Shown here: piece after piece, positions 9,685 to 19,942 of the stretch | Numbering within the stretch: position 1 is the stretch's first letter | How the letters are laid out: each line of letters opens with the position of its first letter | Origin: a virus | Reading direction: 5' to 3' (one strand) | Length of the DNA: 64,000 bases | IMG/VR virus record: IMGVR_UViG_3300034105_002232 | Translations under genes and position numbers: made by a program | Notes under the pieces: model-generated | What the model was told of the DNA's origin: nothing | The model's database searches: none | The model's input: only the letters and a program-made list of their open reading frames with translations

Positions 9685-10236
9685 TTACAGGATGCCGGCC
9701 AGGCTGCGCAGGCTTTGTGTGTAGTCATTTTTGGGTGCTTTGGTGGTTACAGCAACACCAGCTGCATTACGCATCTCGTCTAATTCTTTAGTGCCAAACT
9801 TGCGTAGGTAGTCCTGCGTGGTCAACGGGACGTTTGTGCCAATAGAATCTGCAGTAAGCTCAAGTTCAGCTGGATTTGATCTAACAATCATGCGCCAATC
9901 ATCCAAGTCTTGATCCGTTAAATTCATTAGATCTTTCATCATGCTCATGACAAGATCGGGAATATCGCGAGTTCTGTCACATTCAACAAATACTATGTAG
10001 TCACCGTCATTCATTTCACCGGCGCTGATATCAGCGTCAATTACCCATTCATACCCTTTTTCAATGAAATTTACCAGATCTTCAGCTGGCTCACGGCCTG
10101 TTACTTTGAAACTCAGTACAATAATATCTTCATCGCGACCCATCTTGCTTTTGTATTCGTCAATGTGCAACTCAGGATGTACCAAGCGCATCAAATTGTT
10201 GGCTTCTAGCCCTTCGTTAATATTAGAATCCTGCAT
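9685..10236 (-). CDS. hypothetical phage protein (likely start MQDSNINEG)
   Basis: ORF track; start refined to ATG at 10234-10236. Confidence 0.7.
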   Translation of the reverse strand: MQDSNINEGLEANNLMRLVHPELHIDEYKSKMGRDEDIIVLSFKVTGREPAEDLVNFIEKGYEWVIDADISAGEMNDGDYIVFVECDRTRDIPDLVMSMMKDLMNLTDQDLDDWRMIVRSNPAELELTADSIGTNVPLTTQDYLRKFGTKELDEMRNAAGVAVTTKAPKNDYTQSLRSLAGIL

Positions 10237-10795
10237 TTTGTTGTCCTTGGGTAGTAGATTCAATTCCTTGCGCAGCATTTACCGGAGCAGCACTATCAGT
10301 CTTGTACATGTTATCTTCGGTACCAGTTTCGTAGCTTTGTTCGATGTCCTCAACGTCAATGGTGCCAGATTCCAGCTCTAGACTACCTTGATTGATTTCT
10401 TGCATCAGCTGTTTGGGCATAACAATTTCCACAAGCCAAATTGGTACTCGGGCTTGTTTGGGTACGTGGGTACCTGGCTTAAAATCCTTGGGATCCTTGA
10501 CTTTGACGGGATACTGTAAATGATCTTTTTTGTAGCGCACTTCGCACCCGTAATCTAGTAGTCTTTGCCCACCCCGCGGGTCCGGCATAAACTTATAGGG
10601 CCACATAAAAGTACAGGTTATAAAATACTTTTCATATTCAGGCCCTTGTACCAATTCGCCACGTTTCCAATTTTCAAACACATAAACATCTAGCTCGTCA
10701 ATTACTCGCTCAAAGTCCAACAGGCTGTTTACAGCACTGTCTGTCAATGAAATAGTCTTGATGTTTTCGATTATATCTTTAATATCTGTGGCCAT
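10223..10795 (-). CDS. hypothetical phage protein
   Basis: 190-aa ORF with RBS and TAAATA upstream. Confidence 0.75.
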   Translation of the reverse strand: MATDIKDIIENIKTISLTDSAVNSLLDFERVIDELDVYVFENWKRGELVQGPEYEKYFITCTFMWPYKFMPDPRGGQRLLDYGCEVRYKKDHLQYPVKVKDPKDFKPGTHVPKQARVPIWLVEIVMPKQLMQEINQGSLELESGTIDVEDIEQSYETGTEDNMYKTDSAAPVNAAQGIESTTQGQQNAGF

Positions 10796-10811
10796 ATTAA
10801 TTCCTGTTCAA

Positions 10812-11360
10812 TTATTTATCGAATAATTCAGCTATCTCATTGGGAATCCAGGGAACTAGCATACGCTCAGGATGCCATACTATGCCGGCCAAGTTACCAT
10901 CTATCCATGCTTCGCAGTTGCCTTGGTCGTCATTGACTAGCACTGTTGCTTTTGTATGTGGCCGTTTAATATACAACGTATGATAACTATTTACATGTTT
11001 GATTCCACTAAAATAACTAACGTTGTGAGTCACGTCAGCATGTCCACTAATATTGCCTATTTGCCCACCAAGTATATCAGTTAGTAAAAAACACCCATGA
11101 CAGATTCCGATTACTGGCTTTTGTAACACCATCATGGCATGAGCCAGTCTAATTTCAGTTAAACGCCTGATTGTGCTATCGTTGCCGCCAGTTATAACAA
11201 AACAATCCAATTGATGCGCAATTGATTCAAAATTTTGATTGGGCCTGTTTGCAATAGGAAAAAGCGTATGTGTGTTAAAGAAGGAATACCACCCTTGCTC
11301 TAATGCATCATACGCTCTTTTTTTATGTAACAGGACTCGTTGGCTGAGCCCAATATTCAT
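10812..11360 (-). CDS. class I glutamine amidotransferase / peptidase C26 (PuuD-like)
   Basis: ITGGND, GICHG nucleophile elbow, VNSYH, WHPE. Confidence 0.85.
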   Translation of the reverse strand: MNIGLSQRVLLHKKRAYDALEQGWYSFFNTHTLFPIANRPNQNFESIAHQLDCFVITGGNDSTIRRLTEIRLAHAMMVLQKPVIGICHGCFLLTDILGGQIGNISGHADVTHNVSYFSGIKHVNSYHTLYIKRPHTKATVLVNDDQGNCEAWIDGNLAGIVWHPERMLVPWIPNEIAELFDK

Positions 11361-12056
11361 TTACCAACCGTAAGCATCTGCAACAAGTTGTCGTCCGTCA
11401 ACATTGGCAGTAGTGTTACGGCAGCTAATGTCATATAGATCCTTGCGCATCAAATTGACTAAAGATTCAATTCGTGTTTGCTCCTCGGCACTACTAACTA
11501 ACTTCTCTAATGCCATTGCACCAATCTTACTATGGAAGCCTTCATCTTTGGCAATCTTGGCATAGGCATTACTAACAAATTCATCTTCAATGCAATCAGC
11601 CATTTGATTCCATACTGCTTCGGCACGGCCTTCGGCAACCAATTGATAAGCGGCTAGTGCTGCCGGGTCAGTTTCTGCACAGTATTTTTGTAATAGACTA
11701 GCACCTTTTGCTGTTGGGTTGGCAGCTTCAGCAGCAATAGCAGCAGCAACATTAACTGGGGAACCTTGGATATGTTCAATTACTTCCTTGACCAGGCGAA
11801 AATGCACTGCTTCGTCGTGTGCTTGTTGGGTCAACAGTTGTAGTTCAACAGGATCTGCATCTGCAGGCATATTAGCCACTTGTTGAGCAATTTCTACCAT
11901 GTTCATACGCTCGTTGATCATGCGACCGATAAAATGTGTAATCAATTCCTCTTGCGGGGGTTTACTATCAAAGTATGCTTTTACATTGATTTGACTTGCT
12001 TTAAACAATGCTTGATTTTCATCACGCAATTTGTTTACAAATTGTTTTGCGTTCAC
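11361..12056 (-). CDS. ferritin-like diiron protein
   Basis: Helical protein with paired ExxH motifs (DEAVH, DEGFH) and upstream Glu ligands; GTG start. Confidence 0.75.
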   Translation of the reverse strand: MNAKQFVNKLRDENQALFKASQINVKAYFDSKPPQEELITHFIGRMINERMNMVEIAQQVANMPADADPVELQLLTQQAHDEAVHFRLVKEVIEHIQGSPVNVAAAIAAEAANPTAKGASLLQKYCAETDPAALAAYQLVAEGRAEAVWNQMADCIEDEFVSNAYAKIAKDEGFHSKIGAMALEKLVSSAEEQTRIESLVNLMRKDLYDISCRNTTANVDGRQLVADAYGW

Positions 12057-12095
12057 GGGGATTCTCCTTGTGTATATACCCTAATATTTATCAAT

Positions 12096-12770
12096 TTAAC
12101 CGGTTGTTGGTCCATTTATGTTTCTTTCTTTATAAGTTCGACGACCTGCACGAATATGTTCATCCAACCAATGAGTTTCAATTGGAGTTACGTACTTGTG
12201 ATTGGCGTCTTTGTCAATGAACGCATTAATTGAATCGTTGTCCCATGCAATAGGAAAATCTAATATACCTGACAACCATTTGAGATAATACTTACCATGT
12301 AGGAAAAAAGCTTCATGATCTACAAAATGTACAGCATGCTCGCCGGGTAATATGTTTTCGTAATAATATTGTTGTGCAAGTGATAATGAACTGAACCCAT
12401 TCATTAACCGTTGTTGTTGTACAGTATTGATATTCTTATCACGTACAATAATAGCAATGGTTACACGAATTCCCAATTCTGCTGCACGGTCGGCAACTTC
12501 GCGTATCTTAGGGACAATACGTACTCCGTCCATGTACACCGGACAACTTACATTGGCTAAAAAGTACTGACTGTTAGCAAACTTGTCTGCAGTTAATCGT
12601 TCAGGATATTGCCAGTACTCTGCAAAGGGCTCAATATCGCTAGGAACCCAATATTGAGATTTTAAATCTTCCCAACCTTTAACATCCGGATGTTGACTCA
12701 AAATCCTACTAAAAAAATGATTGCCGGACCCTTGTGGTCCAGTGACAATCAATAGATGTTTTTCCTGCAT
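12096..12770 (-). CDS. P-loop / sulfotransferase-like protein
   Basis: N-terminal LIVTGPQGSGNH. Confidence 0.55.
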   Translation of the reverse strand: MQEKHLLIVTGPQGSGNHFFSRILSQHPDVKGWEDLKSQYWVPSDIEPFAEYWQYPERLTADKFANSQYFLANVSCPVYMDGVRIVPKIREVADRAAELGIRVTIAIIVRDKNINTVQQQRLMNGFSSLSLAQQYYYENILPGEHAVHFVDHEAFFLHGKYYLKWLSGILDFPIAWDNDSINAFIDKDANHKYVTPIETHWLDEHIRAGRRTYKERNINGPTTG

Positions 12771-12778
12771 AATTTTTC

Positions 12779-13012
12779 CTATTTAAAAAAGTATATGTAA
12801 ATTAGGCCCGGGATGATAATAAAGTATTGCGGAATAAAATTAAGCATCAATGCTTTCTCATTCCATCGCCATCCCACATAAATCCAGCCTGCTGCTCCTA
12901 CCATTTGCAGTAAACTATTCCACGGAGTTAACCCTAGTACATGAAATACCATTGCAACTAAAATTGTGCATGCACTTGCATACTTAATATACCAAACGTG
13001 ATCGTGTTTCAT
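12779..13012 (-). CDS. small three-TM membrane protein
   Basis: Hydrophobic 77-aa ORF coupled to its neighbours. Confidence 0.65.
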   Translation of the reverse strand: MKHDHVWYIKYASACTILVAMVFHVLGLTPWNSLLQMVGAAGWIYVGWRWNEKALMLNFIPQYFIIIPGLIYIYFFK

Positions 13013-13593
13013 TTAATCAATGCTACTAGCACATCGGGATAAGTTCTGTCTACTGTAACAGTTTGGCCCATATTTGTTAACACCCAATTGGCTGTAAAGT
13101 ATTCCCACGTGACATTGTTCTTACACCCATATTCTAATATCTGTTGGTTTGATCTTGATATCTCGTACAACATGTTAGTACTATCTTTGTACCATTTATA
13201 ATCTGGGTACTGAATTTGAAAGCCACCAGCTTCGTGCCACCAGGAGTAACTGGTCAGGTCAGGACGATACACCAGCATTATCCAGTCATCTGAATAACAT
13301 TTTTCTATTTCGTCAAACTTGTCAGGCCAGTTATGACTCTTAACTAAACGACAACCACCTGGGTTTGCCCATGCTTGATCAATATAATTATGATCTGACC
13401 ACAAGATCAATGGTTCAAACTCCATACCCCACCCAAAATAAGCACCAAGATGGCCAGTATAGGCATGATGTGTATAGGTTCTGCTAGGTAAGCGATCACT
13501 GGTATTAAATCCTGCACCAGATTCTAATGCCTGAGCAATACCGCTCCATCGGCTTCCCGGAACACCAGTAAAAAAGATCCTATTGGGTAACAT
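13009..13593 (-). CDS. sulfotransferase-like P-loop protein
   Basis: IFFTGVPGSRWS, LVKSH and LVYR resemble sulfotransferase 5'PSB, KsH and 3'PB elements. Confidence 0.5.
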   Translation of the reverse strand: MLPNRIFFTGVPGSRWSGIAQALESGAGFNTSDRLPSRTYTHHAYTGHLGAYFGWGMEFEPLILWSDHNYIDQAWANPGGCRLVKSHNWPDKFDEIEKCYSDDWIMLVYRPDLTSYSWWHEAGGFQIQYPDYKWYKDSTNMLYEISRSNQQILEYGCKNNVTWEYFTANWVLTNMGQTVTVDRTYPDVLVALIK

Positions 13594-13607
13594 GTATAAC
13601 TATAGTT

Positions 13608-14135
13608 ATGCATACTCAACAATCGCTTAATAATTATTTCAGCAATCACTGGCGAGGCTACTTGAATCTATATCAGTATTCTGGAGTTAATCTTGCCAAA
13701 AAGATTCAACACAATGAATATGTTTTAGACGTAGGATGTGGATTAAACGCTTTTAAATCACTAGTGCCCAATTTGATAGGTATTGATCCTGCGTTCCCGC
13801 AAGCAGATCATCAGATTGCTATAGAAGATTTTAGAACAACTCAATTATTTGATGTTGCTTTTTGTTTAGGAAGTATTAACTTTGGTAATGAAACCAAGAT
13901 TAAAAATCAGATTCAGCGTGTAATAAGTTTGCTCAAACCTGCTGCTAGGATATACTGGCGTTGTAACCCCGGACGACAGGATCACGGTAATACAGAATGT
14001 AAGTCAATTGAATTTTTTCCGTGGAGCCCGGAGTTATTAATAGAATATGCAACTCAATTTGGTTTTGAGGTACTGGATATTAAGAATGACCTAAACAACA
14101 GGATCTATTGTGAGTGGGCACGGTCTATTACTTAG
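13608..14135 (+). CDS. class I SAM-dependent methyltransferase
   Basis: VLDVGCG motif I; FDVAFCLGSI. Confidence 0.8.
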   Translation: MHTQQSLNNYFSNHWRGYLNLYQYSGVNLAKKIQHNEYVLDVGCGLNAFKSLVPNLIGIDPAFPQADHQIAIEDFRTTQLFDVAFCLGSINFGNETKIKNQIQRVISLLKPAARIYWRCNPGRQDHGNTECKSIEFFPWSPELLIEYATQFGFEVLDIKNDLNNRIYCEWARSIT

Positions 14136-14232
14136 TTTATAAAAATATTTTATCTATAGTGTTTAAATGAACAATTCAAACTCTTAAATATTTGAGTAGA
14201 CGTTGAGTCTACACCATAACCAGGAGGCAGTC

Positions 14233-14970
14233 TTGAGCAAACGCCGTCGCAGCGAAGTAGCACAATTAACCGTAGTAAGCAACAATAACACAACTAGTTT
14301 TGATACCTACCAAAAGCAACGTAAACCAATAGCATTAACCCCTAAAAGTCGTAACCAAGAAACCTACATAGATTTACTAGAAAATCCACAACGCTTAATA
14401 GTATTTGCATCAGGCCCGGCAGGCACAGGCAAAACTATGCTGGCTGTGTTGGCTGCATTAAAAGCATTTAGAGCTGGAGAATGCTCTCGAATTGTTATTA
14501 CCAGGCCCGCAGTAGGCGTTGATGACGAGCAACATGGATTTTTGCCGGGTACACTAAATCAAAAGATGGAGCCGTGGACACGCCCCATATTTGATATTAT
14601 AGAAGAGTATTATAAACCACAGGAAGTGGCTCGTTTGCTAGACGAAAAATATATAGAGATTGCTCCACTAGCTTACATGCGTGGGCGGACATTTAAAAAC
14701 TCGTGGATCATTGCTGATGAAATGCAGAATGCCACACCTTCTCAGATGAAAATGCTGCTCACTAGACTAGGAGAAAATTCCAAGATGGTTGTAACCGGGG
14801 ACACCCAGCAGGCCGACCGTAAGGCCAAGGACAACGGATTGCTAGATTTTCAGCGGCTATTAGCCAACTTTGGAAACAGCCAATACATTGCTGGTGTTGA
14901 ATTTGCTATCAAAGATGTTCGTAGACATCCAGCTGTAGCAGAAGTTCTTAAATTGTACGGGGAGGAATAG
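14233..14970 (+). CDS. phoH: PhoH-family ATPase
   Basis: GPAGTGKT, ITRPAV, GFLPG, YMRGRTF, DEMQN, GDTQQ; TTG start after AGGAGG. Confidence 0.93.
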   Translation: MSKRRRSEVAQLTVVSNNNTTSFDTYQKQRKPIALTPKSRNQETYIDLLENPQRLIVFASGPAGTGKTMLAVLAALKAFRAGECSRIVITRPAVGVDDEQHGFLPGTLNQKMEPWTRPIFDIIEEYYKPQEVARLLDEKYIEIAPLAYMRGRTFKNSWIIADEMQNATPSQMKMLLTRLGENSKMVVTGDTQQADRKAKDNGLLDFQRLLANFGNSQYIAGVEFAIKDVRRHPAVAEVLKLYGEE

Positions 14971-14987
14971 GTTATCGTAAATACTGG

Positions 14988-15989
14988 ATGCTGAACTACA
15001 AAGATATACGCCGCGTACACCTTGAGATAAGCACCAGGTGTAATGCGGCGTGCCCTGAATGTCCACGAAATTTTCGTGGTGTTGACATAGTAGACACCTA
15101 TCCCATATGTGATATGAGTTTAGATCAGGCAAAAAAGATCTTTACAACTTCTTTTTTATTACAATTAGATCAAATTCTCATCAATGGCAATTACGGTGAT
15201 TTTATCACTGCACATGATGGTCTGGAGATTGTGGAATATTTTTTAACAGTCAATCCCAACATAAAAATCATAATCAGCACAAATGCCAGCGGCCGTCCAC
15301 ATATATGGCGTCAATTAGGTGAGCTTGGGGTAGAAGTTCAGTTTAGAATTGATGGACTAGCAGATACTCATCATCTGTATAGACAATATACAAACTTTGA
15401 ATTAATATTGGAGAATGCATTAAAGTTTATACAAGCAGGAGGCTATGCCATATGGGCAATGATTAAATTTGATCATAACAAACATCAGATATCTCAGGCT
15501 GAAATATTATCTAAAGCAATGGGATTTAAAAGATTTGAATTGGTTGATGCTGGTAGGGACACCACTGTGGTCTTTACTAGAGATAAACAACTTAGTCACG
15601 TAATAGGCAATTATCAAGGACCAACAGACTATGATTTATTATATGATCAATATCAACAGTATATTAGCAATCCTGACATTACTTTAAAAAAAGTACAAAT
15701 ACAAGAACGAACCATTAAATGTTATTCAAAAGAAAATAAAGAAGTATATGTGTCTGCCAATGGAGAAATATATCCTTGTTGTTGGTTAGGATTTTATCCT
15801 CTTAGTAAACAAGGAAATCCTAGTACGTTTCAGTTACGGCCGTTAATTAAAGAAAATAATGCACTTGAATATAGCATAGAACATGCAATCGCATGGTTTA
15901 ATCAAATTGAGTCTACGTGGAGTAAAACAGTACTAGATGGAAAAATCTATACTTGCAATGAGACCTGCGGGAGTAGAGCTGTAAGTTGA
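14988..15989 (+). CDS. radical SAM protein with C-terminal SPASM/twitch domain
   Basis: CNAACPEC; C-terminal C...GEIYPCC...CxxxC. Confidence 0.88.
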   Translation: MLNYKDIRRVHLEISTRCNAACPECPRNFRGVDIVDTYPICDMSLDQAKKIFTTSFLLQLDQILINGNYGDFITAHDGLEIVEYFLTVNPNIKIIISTNASGRPHIWRQLGELGVEVQFRIDGLADTHHLYRQYTNFELILENALKFIQAGGYAIWAMIKFDHNKHQISQAEILSKAMGFKRFELVDAGRDTTVVFTRDKQLSHVIGNYQGPTDYDLLYDQYQQYISNPDITLKKVQIQERTIKCYSKENKEVYVSANGEIYPCCWLGFYPLSKQGNPSTFQLRPLIKENNALEYSIEHAIAWFNQIESTWSKTVLDGKIYTCNETCGSRAVS

Positions 15990-16450
15990 TTAACAGTATC
16001 CTCATAATCTTTATGCAATATACCTATACCACCAGAGACACGCCATTCTTCAATGTTGCTTCTCCGATCATCAATTAGTATATCCCCAGGCTGACAATGT
16101 TGATGTTTGTCCTTGCTAAAAGGACCAAACATAACAGGTATGGTTGCAAAGTAATTACGTGCCCAATACACTTTATCATTGAAAGCCCAGGGCACATCAT
16201 TACCTTTTGGTACTGCAGTTAGAAATTTAAGATCGTAGTGTGTTTGTTTGCAAAACTGTTCACACTGATAAACCAATTGGGTTGCATAAGGAGTTGTTAT
16301 TAGATCACGATAAAGTCTAGCATTGGTTGCTAGTTTGTACCAAATTTCGTCAGGATAGATTCCTTGGCTTGGTGGAACACTCAGGGTGCGAGCAGCGTAT
16401 TCGTCGAAGTCGGCGACTACGCCGTCCATGTCTAAGTAAAGTGTTGGCAT
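15947..16450 (-). CDS. HAD-family 5'(3')-deoxyribonucleotidase-like
   Basis: YLDMDGVVADF and ILIDD motifs. Confidence 0.85.
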   Translation of the reverse strand: MPTLYLDMDGVVADFDEYAARTLSVPPSQGIYPDEIWYKLATNARLYRDLITTPYATQLVYQCEQFCKQTHYDLKFLTAVPKGNDVPWAFNDKVYWARNYFATIPVMFGPFSKDKHQHCQPGDILIDDRRSNIEEWRVSGGIGILHKDYEDTVNQLTALLPQVSLQV

Positions 16451-16687
16451 TTATTTTTTAAGTTTTGAATGTAATGCTTGTAGATAATTGGTTTGATTGT
16501 TTAACTTATTCTCAAGACGCTGTACTGTGTCTTTTAGTCTATGTACATCACTGGACAACATATTAATAACTGTTTCTTGGTCACGCAATTTCACTTGATG
16601 AGTCATTAGATTAGGGCGCGGTGGTGCGTTAGGATCAACAGCACGTTTTTTCTTAGACCGCATGGCCTTAAACAATTTTGGGTTCAT
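16451..16687 (-). CDS. hypothetical coiled-coil protein
   Basis: ORF with TAAATA upstream. Confidence 0.65.
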   Translation of the reverse strand: MNPKLFKAMRSKKKRAVDPNAPPRPNLMTHQVKLRDQETVINMLSSDVHRLKDTVQRLENKLNNQTNYLQALHSKLKK

Positions 16688-16696
16688 ATATAGTAT

Positions 16697-17836
16697 TTAC
16701 TCCTTTAACAAAGCCGTTAGTTTTGGTAAGTAATCATTTATGTTCAAATTTCTAAACTCCTTTGTAAGATTGATTTCTTCAAAAAATTTATTCCGCATAG
16801 ACGATGAGTAATTTACTGTTTTAATATAATCAACTAAAAATGATAAATTAAAGTTTATTTCCTGCAAATATGTAATTATACTATGCTTTTCTTTATCATT
16901 GAATATTTGTAGAGAGTAATGCAACGGATATTCGCAAAATATCCATGCAGGTTCAATTTTTAGTTCTTGCACTAATTCGATAACAGGATCCAAATACAAT
17001 ATGTTTAACGCACTTATTACAGTATGAGTATTAAAACTGATGTTAGATTCACGCAAAAATTTAATATTATTTAAAACAGCATCCCAACTACCTGTAGTTC
17101 TAATGTAATAAAATTGCTCTTTGGTGGCATCTAAGCTTAATGTGATATGTACTTTTTTAAATTTCTTAAGTGTATCGTGCATTTTACCATGAATTTCTAC
17201 AGTTCCGTTAGAAGTGTAATATAAGGTACAATTTGATGAGTTGCCGTCACTAATAATCTTTTCTAATATCTTCAGATGACTTAAATTTAAGAAAGGTTCA
17301 CCGCCCATAATAGATACTTTTTCGACTGAACTAAAATCTTCGTTACAAACATTCTCTAATAGAGATTGTGTGTATCCGGCACCTGTATATTTTTTATTTG
17401 GGAATAATTTCTTATGCTTCCATTCATCCTCAATCCAATGACTAGAACTTGACCATGATCCGCAGGTCCTGCAGGCCAAGTTACAATTGATCCCGCTATT
17501 AATTACTAAATTTTTTATTTTCTTATCAACGATCTGTTTGTTGTATGTGTCATGTAATTGTTCCAAGGTTGGATTATCATCTTGAAATAGCGCATATTGC
17601 CGTAAACTTGTTATTCCGTTGTTCTCATCGTCCCAGCACCCGCTACATTCAACACTTTTTATTCCTTTTAAAATATTTTTTTGGATATTCACAACTGTAG
17701 GAGAATTAATTAGGTTATGGAACGTTATGTTTTTTTGTCCTGGTATCGAAACCTCGCAACAAATGTTTGATAATCGATGATCAAATCCACCAAAGGCATT
17801 GGTGCAATAGGTGTTAAGATTTAATTTGTCTGTCAT
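16697..17836 (-). CDS. radical SAM protein with N-terminal twitch-like Cys cluster (AT-rich)
   Basis: CNLACRTC, GGEPF, N-terminal C..CC...CxxC. Confidence 0.88.
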   Translation of the reverse strand: MTDKLNLNTYCTNAFGGFDHRLSNICCEVSIPGQKNITFHNLINSPTVVNIQKNILKGIKSVECSGCWDDENNGITSLRQYALFQDDNPTLEQLHDTYNKQIVDKKIKNLVINSGINCNLACRTCGSWSSSSHWIEDEWKHKKLFPNKKYTGAGYTQSLLENVCNEDFSSVEKVSIMGGEPFLNLSHLKILEKIISDGNSSNCTLYYTSNGTVEIHGKMHDTLKKFKKVHITLSLDATKEQFYYIRTTGSWDAVLNNIKFLRESNISFNTHTVISALNILYLDPVIELVQELKIEPAWIFCEYPLHYSLQIFNDKEKHSIITYLQEINFNLSFLVDYIKTVNYSSSMRNKFFEEINLTKEFRNLNINDYLPKLTALLKE

Positions 17837-18156
17837 ATGTAATACTTATCACTGGGTATGCTAGGAAACTTGATTGCAACTACGCTGGTATCTTCTAGAT
17901 ATTCAGCATAATAATGTTCTCCAGGCTCGGACATATAAATATCGCCAGCAGCAAACTCTACATTGTTGATAATCATACGACCACTGGTAATCAGCTGCAA
18001 CTCTGTTATCACACGGTGGTAGTGAGGAGTGTCCTTTGTACCGGCAGCATTGCTCTGCCAACACACTTCAAAGTCTTTGGTTCTAACAGCAGCACCATCA
18101 AAATCTCCAACGAACCAACCTCTAGCACCCAACTCACTGAGTTTCAATTTCTTCAT
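17833..18156 (-). CDS. cupin-fold protein
   Basis: RGWFVGDF, HYH...E; start refined to MKKLKL. Confidence 0.7.
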   Translation of the reverse strand: MKKLKLSELGARGWFVGDFDGAAVRTKDFEVCWQSNAAGTKDTPHYHRVITELQLITSGRMIINNVEFAAGDIYMSEPGEHYYAEYLEDTSVVAIKFPSIPSDKYYI

Positions 18157-18508
18157 GCCGGCCTGCGTCAACTTCTGATTGCATTTCATCCAACATCCGA
18201 TTAAAGTATTTGGCATCCAAATTGGTCATCACTTCGGTCACGTACTTGTGATAACCCTTGAAGAAATATTTAAACATCTCATTGAAGTCCTTGTTGTTGT
18301 TAAACCCGTTACGCTCAACTGTTTTTGTTGATAGGTTTAACACAACTTTGGCACTGACATCTTTGTTGCGCAGTTTGGTTTGTATTGCCACTTGCTCGTC
18401 ATATTGATGATTGGCCGGATCTTTCATATACCCTGGAATATAAGTTTTCTTGGGATCTCGCGGCTTTGTTACATAGTTGGCTACAAGGTAAATTGATTTT
18501 GTCTTCAT
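18134..18508 (-). CDS. hypothetical phage protein
   Basis: ORF track. Confidence 0.7.
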   Translation of the reverse strand: MKTKSIYLVANYVTKPRDPKKTYIPGYMKDPANHQYDEQVAIQTKLRNKDVSAKVVLNLSTKTVERNGFNNNKDFNEMFKYFFKGYHKYVTEVMTNLDAKYFNRMLDEMQSEVDAGRHEEIETQ

Positions 18509-18511
18509 AGA

Positions 18512-19942
18512 TTATTTAAGATAAGTTTTAAGATTTTCGTTCCACTCAATAAGTTTTGTTTCTAGTCTATCTAGTGGCCATTTTTGCCTTCTTGCTTCGG
18601 TTAATATGTTTATTGTTCGCTGGTAGCGTTCTGCTACAGTAAAATCTTTATTTTTTTTGCTACGATAAAATAATACTTTGTTTGCAGTTTGATTTTTAAC
18701 ATCGTCTGTATAATACAAATTGGGGTCAGCAGACAGTCTAGTATCAGCTAGTAGTCCTGGGTGTCCGTTTATTGCTGCAGATGAGATAGTGCCATCTGCA
18801 ACATATGGCCGCCATCTTTTAAAAATTTCAAGATATTCTAAATGTTCTTGACTGGTTTCGGACGGCCATGTGGTCATTAACTGAAATTGATTTGTTAACC
18901 CTACTCTGCTGCAGTTTTCTAGATGCCAATCTACGTCTTCGTTAGTAAATTTTTTATCCATTTCAAATCTTATACGATCAACGCCAGTCTCTATGCCTAC
19001 ATTAAGAAAGAAACCACCGGAGTTCTTAATCATATCAAACACCTCTTTGCTATGACTGGCACTAGGTCTTATGATAAAGAATCCGCTCCATTTAAAATTA
19101 CGTGCATCAGGGTAATTATTCAAAGTTGCGCAAAATTTGCTAAATTCTTTTAGACTACCGTTAAGTAAACTATCTGCAAAATAGAAATTTTTAGTGCCAT
19201 GAGTTTCGTAGTATCTAATCATTTCCTGCGCTATGCTACTACCTTTTCTATAACGATATTTAGGCCAATATTTTTCTATATCACAAAACGTACATTTCTT
19301 AACGCACCCCCTGCTGCCATAAACATAAAAATCGCGCTCGTTATTGGGATAATCGTACATATCTAGGTTATAATAGTTATAGTTTGGTAGCGGTAAAACC
19401 TCAATATCTTCAATTTGCTTGGCTGGGATCCCATTAATACCGGGGTATTTGGTATTACCTTTAAATAATTCTACTAAACATATTTCGCCCTCGCCTTGTA
19501 TGTAATAGTCTACTAAATTCTTATTATACAATAACTCACCGCAAGTTTCCAGATTAAATTTAAATTCAGTGCCTGGCCCACCTACAACAATTTTTGCTCT
19601 AGTTTTTCCTTTTAGCCACTTACACAAATCATAGAGACTAGCAAAGTCAAACATTGTCAACTGTGACAACAAGATCCAGTCAACGTCTAGAGTACTAGCA
19701 GTAAGATTATATTCATACAGATATTCTGGTACTATGTCAATATCGTACACAAATGAATATGTTTTCTTTTTATTTTGCCACCATAAATTTTCATTATCGC
19801 GAAATAAATTTATATTTAAGTCTATAGCATGAACTTCGTGCCCGTTCTGTCTGGCTACCTCGCAGAGAATTGCTCCAGCAATTGGTGGCCGATGGGGTTC
19901 AAGGTAAGGTGTGTTTATTACTAGCGTCTTTGTTTTTTGCAT
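18512..19942 (-). CDS. B12-binding-domain radical SAM protein
   Basis: VVGGPG, GEGE, SRGCVKKCTFC, GIETG. Confidence 0.88.
   Translation of the reverse strand: MQKTKTLVINTPYLEPHRPPIAGAILCEVARQNGHEVHAIDLNINLFRDNENLWWQNKKKTYSFVYDIDIVPEYLYEYNLTASTLDVDWILLSQLTMFDFASLYDLCKWLKGKTRAKIVVGGPGTEFKFNLETCGELLYNKNLVDYYIQGEGEICLVELFKGNTKYPGINGIPAKQIEDIEVLPLPNYNYYNLDMYDYPNNERDFYVYGSRGCVKKCTFCDIEKYWPKYRYRKGSSIAQEMIRYYETHGTKNFYFADSLLNGSLKEFSKFCATLNNYPDARNFKWSGFFIIRPSASHSKEVFDMIKNSGGFFLNVGIETGVDRIRFEMDKKFTNEDVDWHLENCSRVGLTNQFQLMTTWPSETSQEHLEYLEIFKRWRPYVADGTISSAAINGHPGLLADTRLSADPNLYYTDDVKNQTANKVLFYRSKKNKDFTVAERYQRTINILTEARRQKWPLDRLETKLIEWNENLKTYLK

Noticed and set aside
14988-15989. Calling this or another radical SAM gene pqqE
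   Set aside because: No PqqE-specific similarity recognised and no pqqB, pqqC or pqqD in the window.
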